A stretch of DNA of 64,000 bases from the NCBI GenBank assembly GCA_029262035.1, contig JAJDAE010000296.1, positions 182 through 64,181 on the forward strand, read 5' to 3'. Positions within the stretch are counted from its first letter, which is position 1. Each line of letters opens with the position of its first letter. Positions 20,473-31,182 of this stretch are shown piece by piece. The translations under genes and the position numbers were made by a program. The DNA is from Candidatus Zhuqueibacterota bacterium (GTDB lineage Bacteria; Zhuqueibacterota; Zhuqueibacteria; Oceanimicrobiales; Oceanimicrobiaceae). The notes beneath the pieces are model-generated. The model saw only the letters and a list, made by a program, of their open reading frames with translations. It made no database searches and was not told the origin of the DNA.

Positions 20473-22614
20473 ATGACTTTAAAGCCTTGTCACCTCATAC
20501 CTTTTGTCCTTCTAATTTTCATATTTCTCAGCAACTCACTCCATGGTCAAAAAAGGTCTAATTCCAATGCGCTAAATGTAGATGATGATTCCAAATTTAC
20601 AACTACCGGGAGTATCGGGTTGACCATATCCAACTTTGGAACATTTGGTGACGGTTTTGCAATTCAGGCACCTGTAGATCAACCATCTTGTGAATATCCT
20701 CGGGGTTCCGGTATAGAGCATCTCTTTGTTGGCGGACTCTGGGTAGGCGGTAAACGTGATAATGGCACAATTTTGGTTACGACCGGCGCAAGAGATATTC
20801 CGTCACTGCGCGATATTGCGGCTGGTTTTGAGTTCACTAATTCGGATGATCCAAACGATGTCGTCCTCGAGCGTTCCAGTATTATAGATAACCCGTTTTT
20901 TGATCCGAATGCTATCAGCCACCAGGATTTTATTTCGGACTTTACTGACTCGAATGTTGTAGTACCCGGTACTACAATTCGAATCCCTCAGCACACGCCC
21001 ATAAATGTTTCTGTACACCTTGAGACTTATGCCTGGAATTTTCCCTTTGCTGATGCATTCGTCATTTTTAATTACACCATTAAGAATGATAGCAAAGAAA
21101 GGTTAAACGATGTTTACATTTCACTCTGGGCAGATATGGTAGTACGAAATACAAACATCACACCACCAAGGGTTGGCGCCCCGTTTTTTCAAAATGTCGC
21201 CAACGGCTGGCTAGATTCACTGAATATGGCCTACTCATATGATTTTGATGGCGATCCCGGCTTCACTGACACCGGCTTATACATCGGATTAAAACATCTT
21301 GGTGCAACTCCCCAGGTTGGAGATACAACCTACCAAAACAAAGCAGATTACAACGCCTGGCTCTTCCGTGATTCCAGTGACCCTGTGCTTTTTTCACCCC
21401 AAACAGACATCGACAGTTATTTAAAACAGGAACGCCCCCTACCTCCGCTTCTGATTGATACCGTGATCAAAGGGCAGAGAGGTAATTTTATGTCTTTAAT
21501 TACGACGGGACCTTTTGAAAAAATCGATCCGGACTCTTCAATAAATGTGGTCTTTGCGATTATTACCGCAGGTAAATCGGGTAACGATCCCAATACCTCC
21601 GACTCTTTTCAAAATAGAGAAAACTTATTCACCAATGCCTTTTGGGCACAGACCGCCTATGATGGCGAAGATCGAAATGGTAATAATGTTTTAGACCTGG
21701 GCGAAGATTTAAACCGTGATGGCCAGATTGACCGTTATATTCTGCCAACGCCGCCAAACACACCGCGTATCAAAGTTATACCAGCCCAGAATAAGGTGAC
21801 CGTTTATTGGGACAAATCTGCTGAAGAATCCATAGATTTCATCAGTGGCAAAAAAGATTTTGAAGGATACAAATTTTACCGCACCAAGCTTGCTGAAGAT
21901 TTGCCGGGCAGAGATTTCTTCTCATCATTCTCTCTAATAGCCGAGTTTGATTCGGTAAATGGCATCGGCCTTGATACCGGGTTAGACTTTGTCCGGCTGC
22001 AAGAACCGGTCACCTTTGATGAAGTTGTGCTAAATCCGTTTACAGGCGAAGAAGAAATATTGTTCTACTATTATAAATTTGAAAATACCGATCTGCTGAA
22101 CGGCTGGCAGTACGGTTATTCCGTTACCGCATTTGATGGTGGTGACCCGGAAATAAACCTGGGCAGTCTGGAAAGCAGTAAATTATCAAATGTGGTTCGT
22201 GTTTTCCCCGGTTCGCCAACAATGGAAACCCAAAATGCTGCGGCTCCACAGCAAAAGATAAAAGTTGGGGTATATCCTAATCCGTATCGTGCGCAAGGCA
22301 CCTGGGATGGTAACCTGGAAAGAGAACGTAAGCTATATTTCTTCAATTTACCGGCAGATTGCGAAGTACGAATTTTCACATTGGGCGGTGACTTGGTTAA
22401 CAAATTTGAACATCATGGCAACTCTTATACCGGCGATGATATTCGCTGGTTTGAACAATTCTCCAGAGGCGACAGAGTTTTTGCCGGCGGAGAGCATGCT
22501 TGGGATCTTGTTACTCAGGATGATCAGGCAATTGCTTCCGGTTTATATTTTTATACTGTAAAGGATTTCAATACAGGCAAAATTCAAAGAGGCAAGTTTT
22601 TGGTAATTAAATAA
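20473..22614 (+). CDS. Secreted protein with a T9SS/FlgD-Ig-like C-terminal sorting domain; function unknown
   Basis: It has a signal peptide and an internal FN3-like segment (TPRIKVIPAQNKVTVYWD...GYKFYRT). The C-terminal roughly 90 aa (VYPNPYRAQ...ASGLYFYTV...GKFLVIK) match the T9SS C-terminal sorting-domain pattern. Confidence 0.6.
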   Translation: MTLKPCHLIPFVLLIFIFLSNSLHGQKRSNSNALNVDDDSKFTTTGSIGLTISNFGTFGDGFAIQAPVDQPSCEYPRGSGIEHLFVGGLWVGGKRDNGTILVTTGARDIPSLRDIAAGFEFTNSDDPNDVVLERSSIIDNPFFDPNAISHQDFISDFTDSNVVVPGTTIRIPQHTPINVSVHLETYAWNFPFADAFVIFNYTIKNDSKERLNDVYISLWADMVVRNTNITPPRVGAPFFQNVANGWLDSLNMAYSYDFDGDPGFTDTGLYIGLKHLGATPQVGDTTYQNKADYNAWLFRDSSDPVLFSPQTDIDSYLKQERPLPPLLIDTVIKGQRGNFMSLITTGPFEKIDPDSSINVVFAIITAGKSGNDPNTSDSFQNRENLFTNAFWAQTAYDGEDRNGNNVLDLGEDLNRDGQIDRYILPTPPNTPRIKVIPAQNKVTVYWDKSAEESIDFISGKKDFEGYKFYRTKLAEDLPGRDFFSSFSLIAEFDSVNGIGLDTGLDFVRLQEPVTFDEVVLNPFTGEEEILFYYYKFENTDLLNGWQYGYSVTAFDGGDPEINLGSLESSKLSNVVRVFPGSPTMETQNAAAPQQKIKVGVYPNPYRAQGTWDGNLERERKLYFFNLPADCEVRIFTLGGDLVNKFEHHGNSYTGDDIRWFEQFSRGDRVFAGGEHAWDLVTQDDQAIASGLYFYTVKDFNTGKIQRGKFLVIK

Positions 22615-22759
22615 CTATTGAGGACTTCAAGCGTAGTGCGACGTGCAATATATCTTCGCCCACGCTCCGCGTAAATTTCCAAAAGGAGGTGAATGCCGGG
22701 CAACATTTTATACTCAAATTAACCCATTCCATTAAATCTCTAACTCAGGAGAGAGGATT

Positions 22760-25630
22760 ATGAGAAAATTGTTATTGCCAATCTTTATTTTGGCTATGTT
22801 AACTTCAAGTTTTTTGTTTGCGCAAGATCATATAATTGTAACAGAATTTGTAGTAACCCCGACTGCGGGAGAATTTGTAGAAATTTATAACCCGACGGAT
22901 GCTGCCATCGACTTGAGTAATTACTATATTACCGATGCAACATTTGCCGGCGGCGAAACCTATTACTACAAAATTGTAGAAGGAAATGGCGGAGGCGGAA
23001 CATTTAACGATTTCAACGCACGTTTCCCTGATGGCGCGACAATAGCTCCAGGGGAATTCCAAACGATATCTCTACCAGGAAGTGATGCATTTTTTGGCGA
23101 GTACGGCATAAACCCAACCTATGAGCTCTACGAAGATGGCACAGAAGCAGATGGGGTACCGGACATGCGGGATGCCACACCGGGCAGCATTGCGAACCAA
23201 GATAACTCCGATGGTCGGCCTAGCGGATTTTCCGGCGGAGAAGTAGCCATCTTGTATTATTGGGACGGTACCAGTGACTTAGTTAAAGATGTGGATTATG
23301 TCCTCTGGGGTGATAAGGCCGAAGCCGTCGACAAAACCGGCGTAACCATCGATGGCCCAGACGCGGATAGTGACGGTTCGACATACGCCGCAGAAACGGC
23401 CATAGCTGACCAATATGTCGTCAATGCTGACAACGATGATGATGCCAACCCTCATGATTCTGGTATGTCAGCACAACGCCGTTTAGATGTTGAAGATGTA
23501 GAAAACTGGCTCGGCGGTAACGGACTGACCGGACATGATGAAACCAGTGAGAACTCCTCCTGGAAAGGTGGAATCTGGAGTATTAATGAGCCAGCAACAC
23601 CCGGCTACCGGGCGCTTGGCAAAAACTCTGCAGCAGACAGTTTAACCATAGCTGATATAAATTTCATTCGTGCAGACAGCATTGGTACAGGTGCTACAGG
23701 TGCTAACGAAGATTCTCCCTTCCTCGGCGACACACTGACTGTAACCGGCATTGTAATGCATGGAACACGCGAAATAAACCTTGGCGCACGCTGGGGAACT
23801 TTTATGCAGGATGAACGCGGCGGCCCTTGGAGTGGTTTTTTTGTAATACAGAATGATTCCACGGTTGGCGGTACCCTGCTCTCCGCAGCGCAAGCTGGCG
23901 ACAAACTAAAAATGACCGGCATTGTCGGCGAATTTCCAGCAAACGCCAATAGGCAAAGCATTTCCCAATTTATTTTAATTACCGATCCGGTAACCCCGGT
24001 TGAATTTGTCGATTTTGGTTTACCAACTCCGGAACCGATTCTGCTTACTCCCGGTGACCTTGGCGCAACCGGTTCCTCAGAAGACCCAACACTGACCGAA
24101 CGCTGGGAAAGTACTCTGGTACGTTTTGAAGGTTTGACTGTTTTAAGTAATTTTTCTGGCCAGCCCGGCAATATTATGACAGCAGGTGATGAAACCGGTA
24201 CTATTGCCCTCGATGATTATTTTGCCGGACTCAGGACTTTCTTGGATAACAACGCAGGCGTTTGGCCTGGCTTCCCCGCCGGCACCAAGATCAATGTCAA
24301 CGGTTATGTCCGTGACGTTATTACCGGTGGACAGGGACGTACTACGATCAACCCTGTCAGCTTTGATGCAATTGAAACAGCTTCTTCACCTCCGGCAATT
24401 AGCAATATCGCTCGGAATCCGGTTGCGGTAACATCAGCAGATGCTGTCGTTGTTTCAGCCACCATCACAGATGCACAGACTTCAGTCGCAAACGCAGAGG
24501 TCAATTACAGAGTTGAAGGCGGCGCTTTCCAAGCTGTTGCTATGGCAGACGCTGGCAGTGATACCTGGGAAGGTACAATTCCTGCACAAGCAGACGGCGC
24601 ATTAATTGAATATTTTCTAACTGCAGTAGATACGGAAGGTGATAACACCACCTCACCTGGTGATACTTCATCTTCTAAACTATTCTATTTTGTTAGAGAT
24701 GCTGGTTTAGCCATTTTTGACTTGCAATTTACCCCATTTGGTGACGGCAACTCAAGTTATAGTAACTTGGATGTAACTGTTAGCGGTGTTGTAACCTCAG
24801 ATTCTTCTGATTTTTCATTCTACTTTATTCAGGATGGTACGGACGCCTGGAGCGGTATTGACGTACAAGACAATATAAACAATGTTAAATTAGGCGATAA
24901 CGTGACAATTACCGGTACGGTCCGTGAACGTTTTAATGAAACCCAAATCCACCAGGTAACCAATGTCACTGTAAACAGCACTGGCAATACCGTACCCGGC
25001 CCTGTAGTCGTTCAAACCGGCGATTTAAATACAGGTTCGGCAACGGCTGAGCAGTGGGAAGGAATGTTTGTACGAGTGGAAAACGTAACTGTCGTCAACG
25101 AGTTCCCGGATGGAGCTCCTGGTTTTGGCGAATTTACGGTAGACGACGGATCTGGCCCACTACGGGTTGACGACCTGGCGCCTGGCTTCGCCGGACAGGT
25201 GGGAGCCGATACTACTTTCAAATTGGATGATGTCATTGCATCCATCAGCGGCATACAATATTTCTCTTTCGGAAATCACAAATTAATACCGAGAAACGAT
25301 GCTGACGTGATGATCTTGCCGGTTTCCGTCGAGGACAATGATCTTCTTCCTCTCACATTTGCACTTGCTCAAAACTACCCGAATCCGTTTAACCCGGAAA
25401 CGACCATTAACTTCCAGGTACCGGAACAGAGTGATGTGAAAATTGAAGTATTCAATATCCTCGGCCAACGTGTCAGGACTCTGGTTAATAAGCAAATAGC
25501 CGCGGGCACCTACACAATCCAGTGGAGAGGCGCAAACGATGCTGGCCTTTCGGTTTCCTCTGGTGTTTATATTTACAAAATGCAAGCCGACAATTTTGTA
25601 AAAGTACAAAAGATGTTGTTCTTGAAATAA
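22760..25630 (+). CDS. Lamin-tail-domain (LTD) containing secreted protein with a T9SS C-terminal domain
   Basis: It has a signal peptide and an N-terminal LTD motif (IIVTEFVVTPTAGEFVEIYNPTDAAIDLSNYYITD). Multiple Ig-like repeats follow. The C-terminus is a canonical T9SS CTD (NYPNPFNPETTINF ... SGVYIYKMQ...KMLFLK). Confidence 0.65.
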   Translation: MRKLLLPIFILAMLTSSFLFAQDHIIVTEFVVTPTAGEFVEIYNPTDAAIDLSNYYITDATFAGGETYYYKIVEGNGGGGTFNDFNARFPDGATIAPGEFQTISLPGSDAFFGEYGINPTYELYEDGTEADGVPDMRDATPGSIANQDNSDGRPSGFSGGEVAILYYWDGTSDLVKDVDYVLWGDKAEAVDKTGVTIDGPDADSDGSTYAAETAIADQYVVNADNDDDANPHDSGMSAQRRLDVEDVENWLGGNGLTGHDETSENSSWKGGIWSINEPATPGYRALGKNSAADSLTIADINFIRADSIGTGATGANEDSPFLGDTLTVTGIVMHGTREINLGARWGTFMQDERGGPWSGFFVIQNDSTVGGTLLSAAQAGDKLKMTGIVGEFPANANRQSISQFILITDPVTPVEFVDFGLPTPEPILLTPGDLGATGSSEDPTLTERWESTLVRFEGLTVLSNFSGQPGNIMTAGDETGTIALDDYFAGLRTFLDNNAGVWPGFPAGTKINVNGYVRDVITGGQGRTTINPVSFDAIETASSPPAISNIARNPVAVTSADAVVVSATITDAQTSVANAEVNYRVEGGAFQAVAMADAGSDTWEGTIPAQADGALIEYFLTAVDTEGDNTTSPGDTSSSKLFYFVRDAGLAIFDLQFTPFGDGNSSYSNLDVTVSGVVTSDSSDFSFYFIQDGTDAWSGIDVQDNINNVKLGDNVTITGTVRERFNETQIHQVTNVTVNSTGNTVPGPVVVQTGDLNTGSATAEQWEGMFVRVENVTVVNEFPDGAPGFGEFTVDDGSGPLRVDDLAPGFAGQVGADTTFKLDDVIASISGIQYFSFGNHKLIPRNDADVMILPVSVEDNDLLPLTFALAQNYPNPFNPETTINFQVPEQSDVKIEVFNILGQRVRTLVNKQIAAGTYTIQWRGANDAGLSVSSGVYIYKMQADNFVKVQKMLFLK

Positions 25631-25647
25631 ATACTTAAATGAGTATC

Positions 25648-25685
25648 CTCCGGGTTTTAAAGACCCGGAGGATGTTTTTAAATCC
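25648..25685 (+). terminator. Rho-independent terminator
   Basis: A perfect 10-bp stem (TCCTCCGGGT / ACCCGGAGGA) with a 7-nt loop, followed by TGTTTTT. It lies immediately after the stop of the LTD protein. Confidence 0.6.
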
Positions 25686-25777
25686 CTCTGAAAAAAATGC
25701 GGGCTATAAAGTAACTCATGAATTATTTACAAATTATCCACGGTGTTTTAAGTGGTGACAAAATTATTCAAAAAAGA

Positions 25778-27166
25778 ATGAAAACCATATCAACCATTGT
25801 ATTAATTTTATCAGCAGTTTTAGTTCTATCAAGCTGCTCAAAAGACATCAGTAATAATCCGTTGCAAAACAAAGCGCCTCGGACTTTTCTTTCAATTTTC
25901 TCGGATAATCAGCTTAATTCCGTAATCAGCAAACAAACATTTAATTGGTGGGGTGATGACCCGGACGGAATCGTCACGGGCTTCATTTACACTTTCAACC
26001 CAAATGCACAAAACATTGCTGCATGGGATTCCGCCGATGTAAATTCTGATTGGATGTTTACTACGGATACGCAGGAAACATTTACTTTAACCTTGGCAGG
26101 TTCTGACACCGTTTACACTTTCTGGGTAAAAGCCATCGACGACGAGGGCGCTGCTGACCCGGAAGGCGCTATCCAGGAATTCCGTATTATCAACACAAGG
26201 CCGGTAGTAGAATTCCCGGTAGGAACAGATGTTCCTGAAACCACATTTACAGTGGCTACTTTTGTATGGAGCGGTACAGATTTAGATGGTGACGATACCA
26301 TCGCCAAATACCAATACACATTGGATGACACATCTGCAAGCGATGCTTGGATAGATATTCCCGCAAACGAGAATTCCGTCACGTTGACGGCAGAAGATGG
26401 TTTGACGCAAGGTGAGCATGTATTTTTTCTACGCGCCATTGACCTTGCCGGAACCTCAAGTAAAATCATTCCCATGCCGCAGAGTGAAAATCAAATTTGG
26501 TTCGTTAAAGAACCAACAAGCAATTTCCTGATCATAGACGATTATAATATATTAAACAATACCGGCGATTTTTATAATACGATTATTCGATCCATCGCCG
26601 GGTCGGCAGATGTATGGGACATCAAGAGCAACGGCCGGGCTTTGGAACCACCTACCTCCCTGGCATTCCTTAAAACGCTACAACTGTTCGACACGGTTTT
26701 CTGGTATGGCGACACCGCACCAAATCTTGAAAAAGCTCAATCCAGTTTGCCCGATTACGTTGAAAGCGGCGGCAAAGTACTTATGACAACCTCGTTCATG
26801 GAATTCAGCAGCAATCTGGGAGACCCACTGGATTTTTCGCCTGCAGATAGTCTTGGCAGTAAAATCAGCAGAATAACCAGAAACCAAATAGTTTTACCAA
26901 CCGCCGAATACTCAACACAAGGATTTCCTGAATTGAAAGTGGACGCAGCGCTGATTCCGAACATATTTCCGGTTGTACCTAAAATCAGCTCGGAAACTTT
27001 GTATACTTTACCTGCGAATGCGGCAAGATGGGAAGGCACACCCCCGATGGCGGTGATTAATAGTGCCCATACTTTTGTTTTCTTTGGGCTGCCTATGGCC
27101 TCTTTAAACGGTAATGGTACAGTCACGCAACTTTTTGAAATTATTCTTAATAATGTTTTACAATAA
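25778..27166 (+). CDS. Hypothetical lipoprotein
   Basis: It has a lipobox (LVLSSC) at the internal Met, so 25778 is the probable start and the first in-frame ATG at 25718 is less likely. It carries Ig-like or beta-rich repeats. I recognise no homology. Confidence 0.45.
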   Translation: MKTISTIVLILSAVLVLSSCSKDISNNPLQNKAPRTFLSIFSDNQLNSVISKQTFNWWGDDPDGIVTGFIYTFNPNAQNIAAWDSADVNSDWMFTTDTQETFTLTLAGSDTVYTFWVKAIDDEGAADPEGAIQEFRIINTRPVVEFPVGTDVPETTFTVATFVWSGTDLDGDDTIAKYQYTLDDTSASDAWIDIPANENSVTLTAEDGLTQGEHVFFLRAIDLAGTSSKIIPMPQSENQIWFVKEPTSNFLIIDDYNILNNTGDFYNTIIRSIAGSADVWDIKSNGRALEPPTSLAFLKTLQLFDTVFWYGDTAPNLEKAQSSLPDYVESGGKVLMTTSFMEFSSNLGDPLDFSPADSLGSKISRITRNQIVLPTAEYSTQGFPELKVDAALIPNIFPVVPKISSETLYTLPANAARWEGTPPMAVINSAHTFVFFGLPMASLNGNGTVTQLFEIILNNVLQ

Positions 27167-27256
27167 TGGCTTTTAAGACTCTGTTATTGCAACAAATTTC
27201 TTCAACTTTAGTTTTGGCAATACAAACAAATTTAAATTAGATGTAAGGTGATTCTT

Positions 27257-30124
27257 ATGAAGCTTATTAGCCGTACTCTCATAGCTTTTTTCTTGTTGAT
27301 ATTTGTTATTAGTCCCGGTTTTACACAAACCAGAGGAATCATAAAAGGCCGAATAACAGACAAGGCAACCGGCGAGGCTCTCCCAGGTGTGAACGTTCTT
27401 GTAACCGGCACTTATTATGGCGCTGCCACAGACTTCGATGGAAATTTTACTATTTCCAACGTCAGTCCGGGAACCTACACTGTTGAAATTTCAATGATAG
27501 GCTATAAAAAAATCCAAAACAATGGCGTAAAGGTAGTTGTAGGCGAAACCACAACGCTTAACTTCTCCGCAGAGGAGTCCGTTTTGGCACTGGGTCAGGA
27601 CGTTGTAGTTATAGGCAAGAAACCCCTCTTTGACATAGAAGAAACCTCAAGCAAAAAGACTATTTCCAGCAAAGAAATCGATGTCGAAGTTGTCGAATCG
27701 GTCAGAGACATCATTGTTAACCAGGTTGGAGTAACAAAAACAAATGACGCAATTCATATTCGTGGCGGACGGTCGCATGAGAATGCTTATTTAGTCGATG
27801 GCATCTCCGTTCAGGATCCACTTTCAGGAACGGGTTTCGGTTTGGAGCTTAGCACCGATGCCATTGAGGAACTGGAAGTAATCACGGGCGGGTTCAACGC
27901 CGAGTATGGCGAAGCAATGTCCGGAATTATCAACGTTAAAACAAAAGAGGGTACGCCGAAATATAAAGGCAGCTTCACTTATAAACGGGATCATTTTGGC
28001 AGTTTTAACCCCGACGCATTTGTCGTTGGTACTTTTAGCGACAAAAACAATCAAAGTTTTAATACAGATATTTTCCAGGCAAGCCTGAGCGGACCTGAGC
28101 CGCTTACACAAAAAATCCTACCTGCACTTGGCATTAAATTGCCGGGAACTATAAATGTTTTCGGTAACTTAAATATGCTGACGACTGATACTTATTTGGG
28201 AAAAACCGCTGATCAGTTATTTTCGTCAACTTTTAATGGAACGGACTTTGCCCCAAAGCAACAAAACAGTTGGTCTGGATTGTTGAAGTTAACTTACAAA
28301 GTTTCACCAACTTTCAAACTTGTGTTGTCGGGTAACCAATCAATCTCCATAAATCAGAACACACAATCCCTGCAAACCAATCTTGAATTTGTGGAACCAC
28401 GTCCGGGGTTTCCTTTTAATTACCAGAACAATTTAGATAATTTCAATACATTTACTCATGTCAATAAACAGATGACCCTGGCAATAACACATACATTAAA
28501 TAATAAAACTTTTTATGATTTAAAATTCTCTCGATTTTTCAGCAATTTGAGAAGTGACGTCAATGGCAAACACTGGACTGAAATGGAAGAACCACAGGAC
28601 ATCGTGACCCAGCCAATCCAGTATTTCTTCAATTCAGATAGTTCAATTGTTTCTGTATTACCCGGCGATGGTTTCTGGGATACTGGCAATGGCCAAAATT
28701 GGCACGACCATTATATTGAAGAATACACCATGAAATTCGATATGACCAGGCAAATTGGCAACGACGCCCATGAATTGAAAGGCGGCATTCAGACAACTTT
28801 TGGCGAAATGCAAATGGTAGATATTGTCAAGCCCTGGTTTGGCGGACTCGGTTTAAATAATGATATTTATAAGGTTAGTCCGGCGTATGGCAGTATGTAT
28901 CTGCAGGATCAACTCCGCTTTAAAGGCTTGGTTGCCAATGTAGGGTTGCGTTTGGATTACTGGTTTCCCGGAAAATTTGTAGAAGATGCCATCGATAACC
29001 CAGATATAGTTACCTTGTCTGCGGACACTCGCCGTCAATTCAAAGAAAGTACCAACGTTTTATTTGGAAGAAGATATCGCAGTCGCCTCAGCCCCAGAAT
29101 AGGCATCTCACATCCCATTTCAGATAACCAGATGTTATTCTTTTCTTACGGCCATTTTTCCAAACGCCCAAAACCACAATTCCTTTACGCTAAATTGGGT
29201 GCAAACAGCGCCAAGTCTTCATTTCAAAAATTTGGTAACCCGAATCTAAATTATGAAACCACCGTGGCCTACGAATTTGGTTTGCGCCACAAGTTTAGTG
29301 ATGATGACGTTCTAACGTTTACTGGTTTCTACCGGGACATTTTTGACTATGTAACAACGGTAAATTTTGGCGGTAGCGGCAGACTTTCCGGGCGCTCACT
29401 TACCACCTATCTCAATTTGGATTATGCACGCTCCCGGGGTATAGAGGCAGAATATCGCACCAGACCGAGTAAGTATTTATCCGGTTCCATCAGTGGTACA
29501 TACAGTATTGCCACCGGTAAAAGTTCATCCCCCGACGACGCATTTCTGGTAGCACGAGGAACTTTGAATGAACGCCCGATCACAGAAGATTTACTCATTT
29601 GGGACCGGCCCTGGCAGGTCAGCGCACTGGTTAATTTCAATGTCGCTAAAGGCCAGGCGCCTACTATTTTGGGCTTTCAAATGCCGGATAACTGGAATTT
29701 CAATGCCAGGGCTTTTGCCCAGGCTGGCAAGCGATATACACCGCAATTTGCTACCGGTTTGTTTCTACCAAACGGCAGACCCCAATATGATGACGATTTG
29801 GATTTAAATGGCGAGCCTGATGATCCCAATGGCGCTGTAGGGCAGAATTGGTTCTGGATCAATCTGGCCTTCGAAAAATATTTTCAGATTGTGGGTTTGC
29901 AATATACTTTCATGATAGAGGTGGAAAATCTTTTAGACCGAAAGAATCCCCAAATCATTAACCCGGTAACCGGAAGCGCTTATGAGTTCGGCGACCCAAC
30001 CCCGACTTCGTTCAACGATCCCTTGTTCCCTGAAACACAGGCGCCGATAAGTCCATTTCCATTTAACCCGGCAAGATACTTAACTCAGCGAAATGTAAAA
30101 GTAGGACTTTCAGTGAGATTTTAA
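27257..30124 (+). CDS. TonB-dependent outer-membrane receptor with an N-terminal carboxypeptidase-regulatory-like domain
   Basis: The N-terminal CarbopepD_reg motif (GRITDKATGEALPGVNVLV...TDFDGNFTI) is followed by a plug domain (IHIRGGRSHENAYLVDGISVQDP), a large barrel and a C-terminal F. The track ORF starts at a GTG at 27248. The ATG at 27257 is the more likely start. Confidence 0.8.
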   Translation: MKLISRTLIAFFLLIFVISPGFTQTRGIIKGRITDKATGEALPGVNVLVTGTYYGAATDFDGNFTISNVSPGTYTVEISMIGYKKIQNNGVKVVVGETTTLNFSAEESVLALGQDVVVIGKKPLFDIEETSSKKTISSKEIDVEVVESVRDIIVNQVGVTKTNDAIHIRGGRSHENAYLVDGISVQDPLSGTGFGLELSTDAIEELEVITGGFNAEYGEAMSGIINVKTKEGTPKYKGSFTYKRDHFGSFNPDAFVVGTFSDKNNQSFNTDIFQASLSGPEPLTQKILPALGIKLPGTINVFGNLNMLTTDTYLGKTADQLFSSTFNGTDFAPKQQNSWSGLLKLTYKVSPTFKLVLSGNQSISINQNTQSLQTNLEFVEPRPGFPFNYQNNLDNFNTFTHVNKQMTLAITHTLNNKTFYDLKFSRFFSNLRSDVNGKHWTEMEEPQDIVTQPIQYFFNSDSSIVSVLPGDGFWDTGNGQNWHDHYIEEYTMKFDMTRQIGNDAHELKGGIQTTFGEMQMVDIVKPWFGGLGLNNDIYKVSPAYGSMYLQDQLRFKGLVANVGLRLDYWFPGKFVEDAIDNPDIVTLSADTRRQFKESTNVLFGRRYRSRLSPRIGISHPISDNQMLFFSYGHFSKRPKPQFLYAKLGANSAKSSFQKFGNPNLNYETTVAYEFGLRHKFSDDDVLTFTGFYRDIFDYVTTVNFGGSGRLSGRSLTTYLNLDYARSRGIEAEYRTRPSKYLSGSISGTYSIATGKSSSPDDAFLVARGTLNERPITEDLLIWDRPWQVSALVNFNVAKGQAPTILGFQMPDNWNFNARAFAQAGKRYTPQFATGLFLPNGRPQYDDDLDLNGEPDDPNGAVGQNWFWINLAFEKYFQIVGLQYTFMIEVENLLDRKNPQIINPVTGSAYEFGDPTPTSFNDPLFPETQAPISPFPFNPARYLTQRNVKVGLSVRF

Positions 30125-30128
30125 TTTT

Positions 30129-31115
30129 ATGAAAAATATAACTTATTCTTTATTAGCACTTTTCCTTCTGGCAAATCATCAGACCGTCCACGCACAATTA
30201 ATTCCTGTTTTAGGCAGCCAACGTGCCGGTACTGCGATGGGACAATTCCTGAAGATTGGTGTAGGCGGAAGAGCAGTAGGTATGGGAGAAACTTTTGTAG
30301 CTGTAGCCAATGACGCATCAGCACTATTTTGGAATCCTGCCGGCGTGACCCAACTGGAGAAAAGTGAAATCACTTTTTCACATACTGAATGGCCGGTGGA
30401 TGTTCAGCATGAATTTTTTGGATATGTGCACAAGCTTAACGCACAGAGTTATCTTGGCGTGAGCGCAATTGTTTTGCACACGGATGATTTTGAAGAAACA
30501 ACAGAGTTCCAACCACTGGGAACGGGCAGGTTTGTATCCTTCGGAGATGCCGCCTTCGGTTTAACCTACGCGCGTAAAATGACCGACAGGTTCAGCGTAG
30601 GCTTAACGGTTAAATACATTGATGAGACTCTGGACAACCTGCATGCTAGAAATGTGTTCATAGATTTTGGTACATTTTTCTGGACCGGATTTGGCTCTTC
30701 ACGTTTCGCAATTGCAGTCACCAACTTCGGAACAAACATAGAGCCATCGGGAACTTTGCTACTTCGGGATGGCACAAAAATAACAGATTTCCAAGATTTT
30801 TCTCCGCCAACCATTTTCAGAATTGGTCTGGCAACGGAAGTTATAGACAATAGTTCGCACATGTTAACTACTTCAGTACAACTCAACCATCTAAACGACA
30901 ATGCAGAAAATTTTAATTTTGGATTGGAATACTGGTGGAACAAAATATTGGCGCTCAGAGGTGGTTACCGTCTTAATGTAGATGAAGAGTCCCTGGCATT
31001 TGGCGCCGGCTTAGCGCTTCCTCTACAACTAATTGACCTTAACCTGGATGTATCTTACACAGATTTCGGACAATTGGGAAGCGCGAGCAGATTCTCGGCA
31101 AGTATTAAATTTTAA
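30129..31115 (+). CDS. PorV/PorQ-family-like outer-membrane beta-barrel protein
   Basis: It has a signal peptide and the conserved N-terminal motif GMGETFVAVANDASALFWNPAGV, as I recall it for PorV/PorQ (and UPF0164) family barrels. It ends in F. Its start is 4 nt after the TBDT stop. Confidence 0.45.
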   Translation: MKNITYSLLALFLLANHQTVHAQLIPVLGSQRAGTAMGQFLKIGVGGRAVGMGETFVAVANDASALFWNPAGVTQLEKSEITFSHTEWPVDVQHEFFGYVHKLNAQSYLGVSAIVLHTDDFEETTEFQPLGTGRFVSFGDAAFGLTYARKMTDRFSVGLTVKYIDETLDNLHARNVFIDFGTFFWTGFGSSRFAIAVTNFGTNIEPSGTLLLRDGTKITDFQDFSPPTIFRIGLATEVIDNSSHMLTTSVQLNHLNDNAENFNFGLEYWWNKILALRGGYRLNVDEESLAFGAGLALPLQLIDLNLDVSYTDFGQLGSASRFSASIKF

Positions 31116-31182
31116 TATCACTTAAACATTTTATTCTGAACTAACTGATCCATTTTTGTATATCAAATAGAAGACCAAACAG

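Noticed and set aside
23605-24504. Minus-strand ORFs inside the LTD-protein gene (23605-24171, 23642-23893, 24304-24504)
   Set aside because: They are antisense to a long ORF with a signal peptide, an LTD and a CTD. They are typical GC-skew-driven spurious ORFs.
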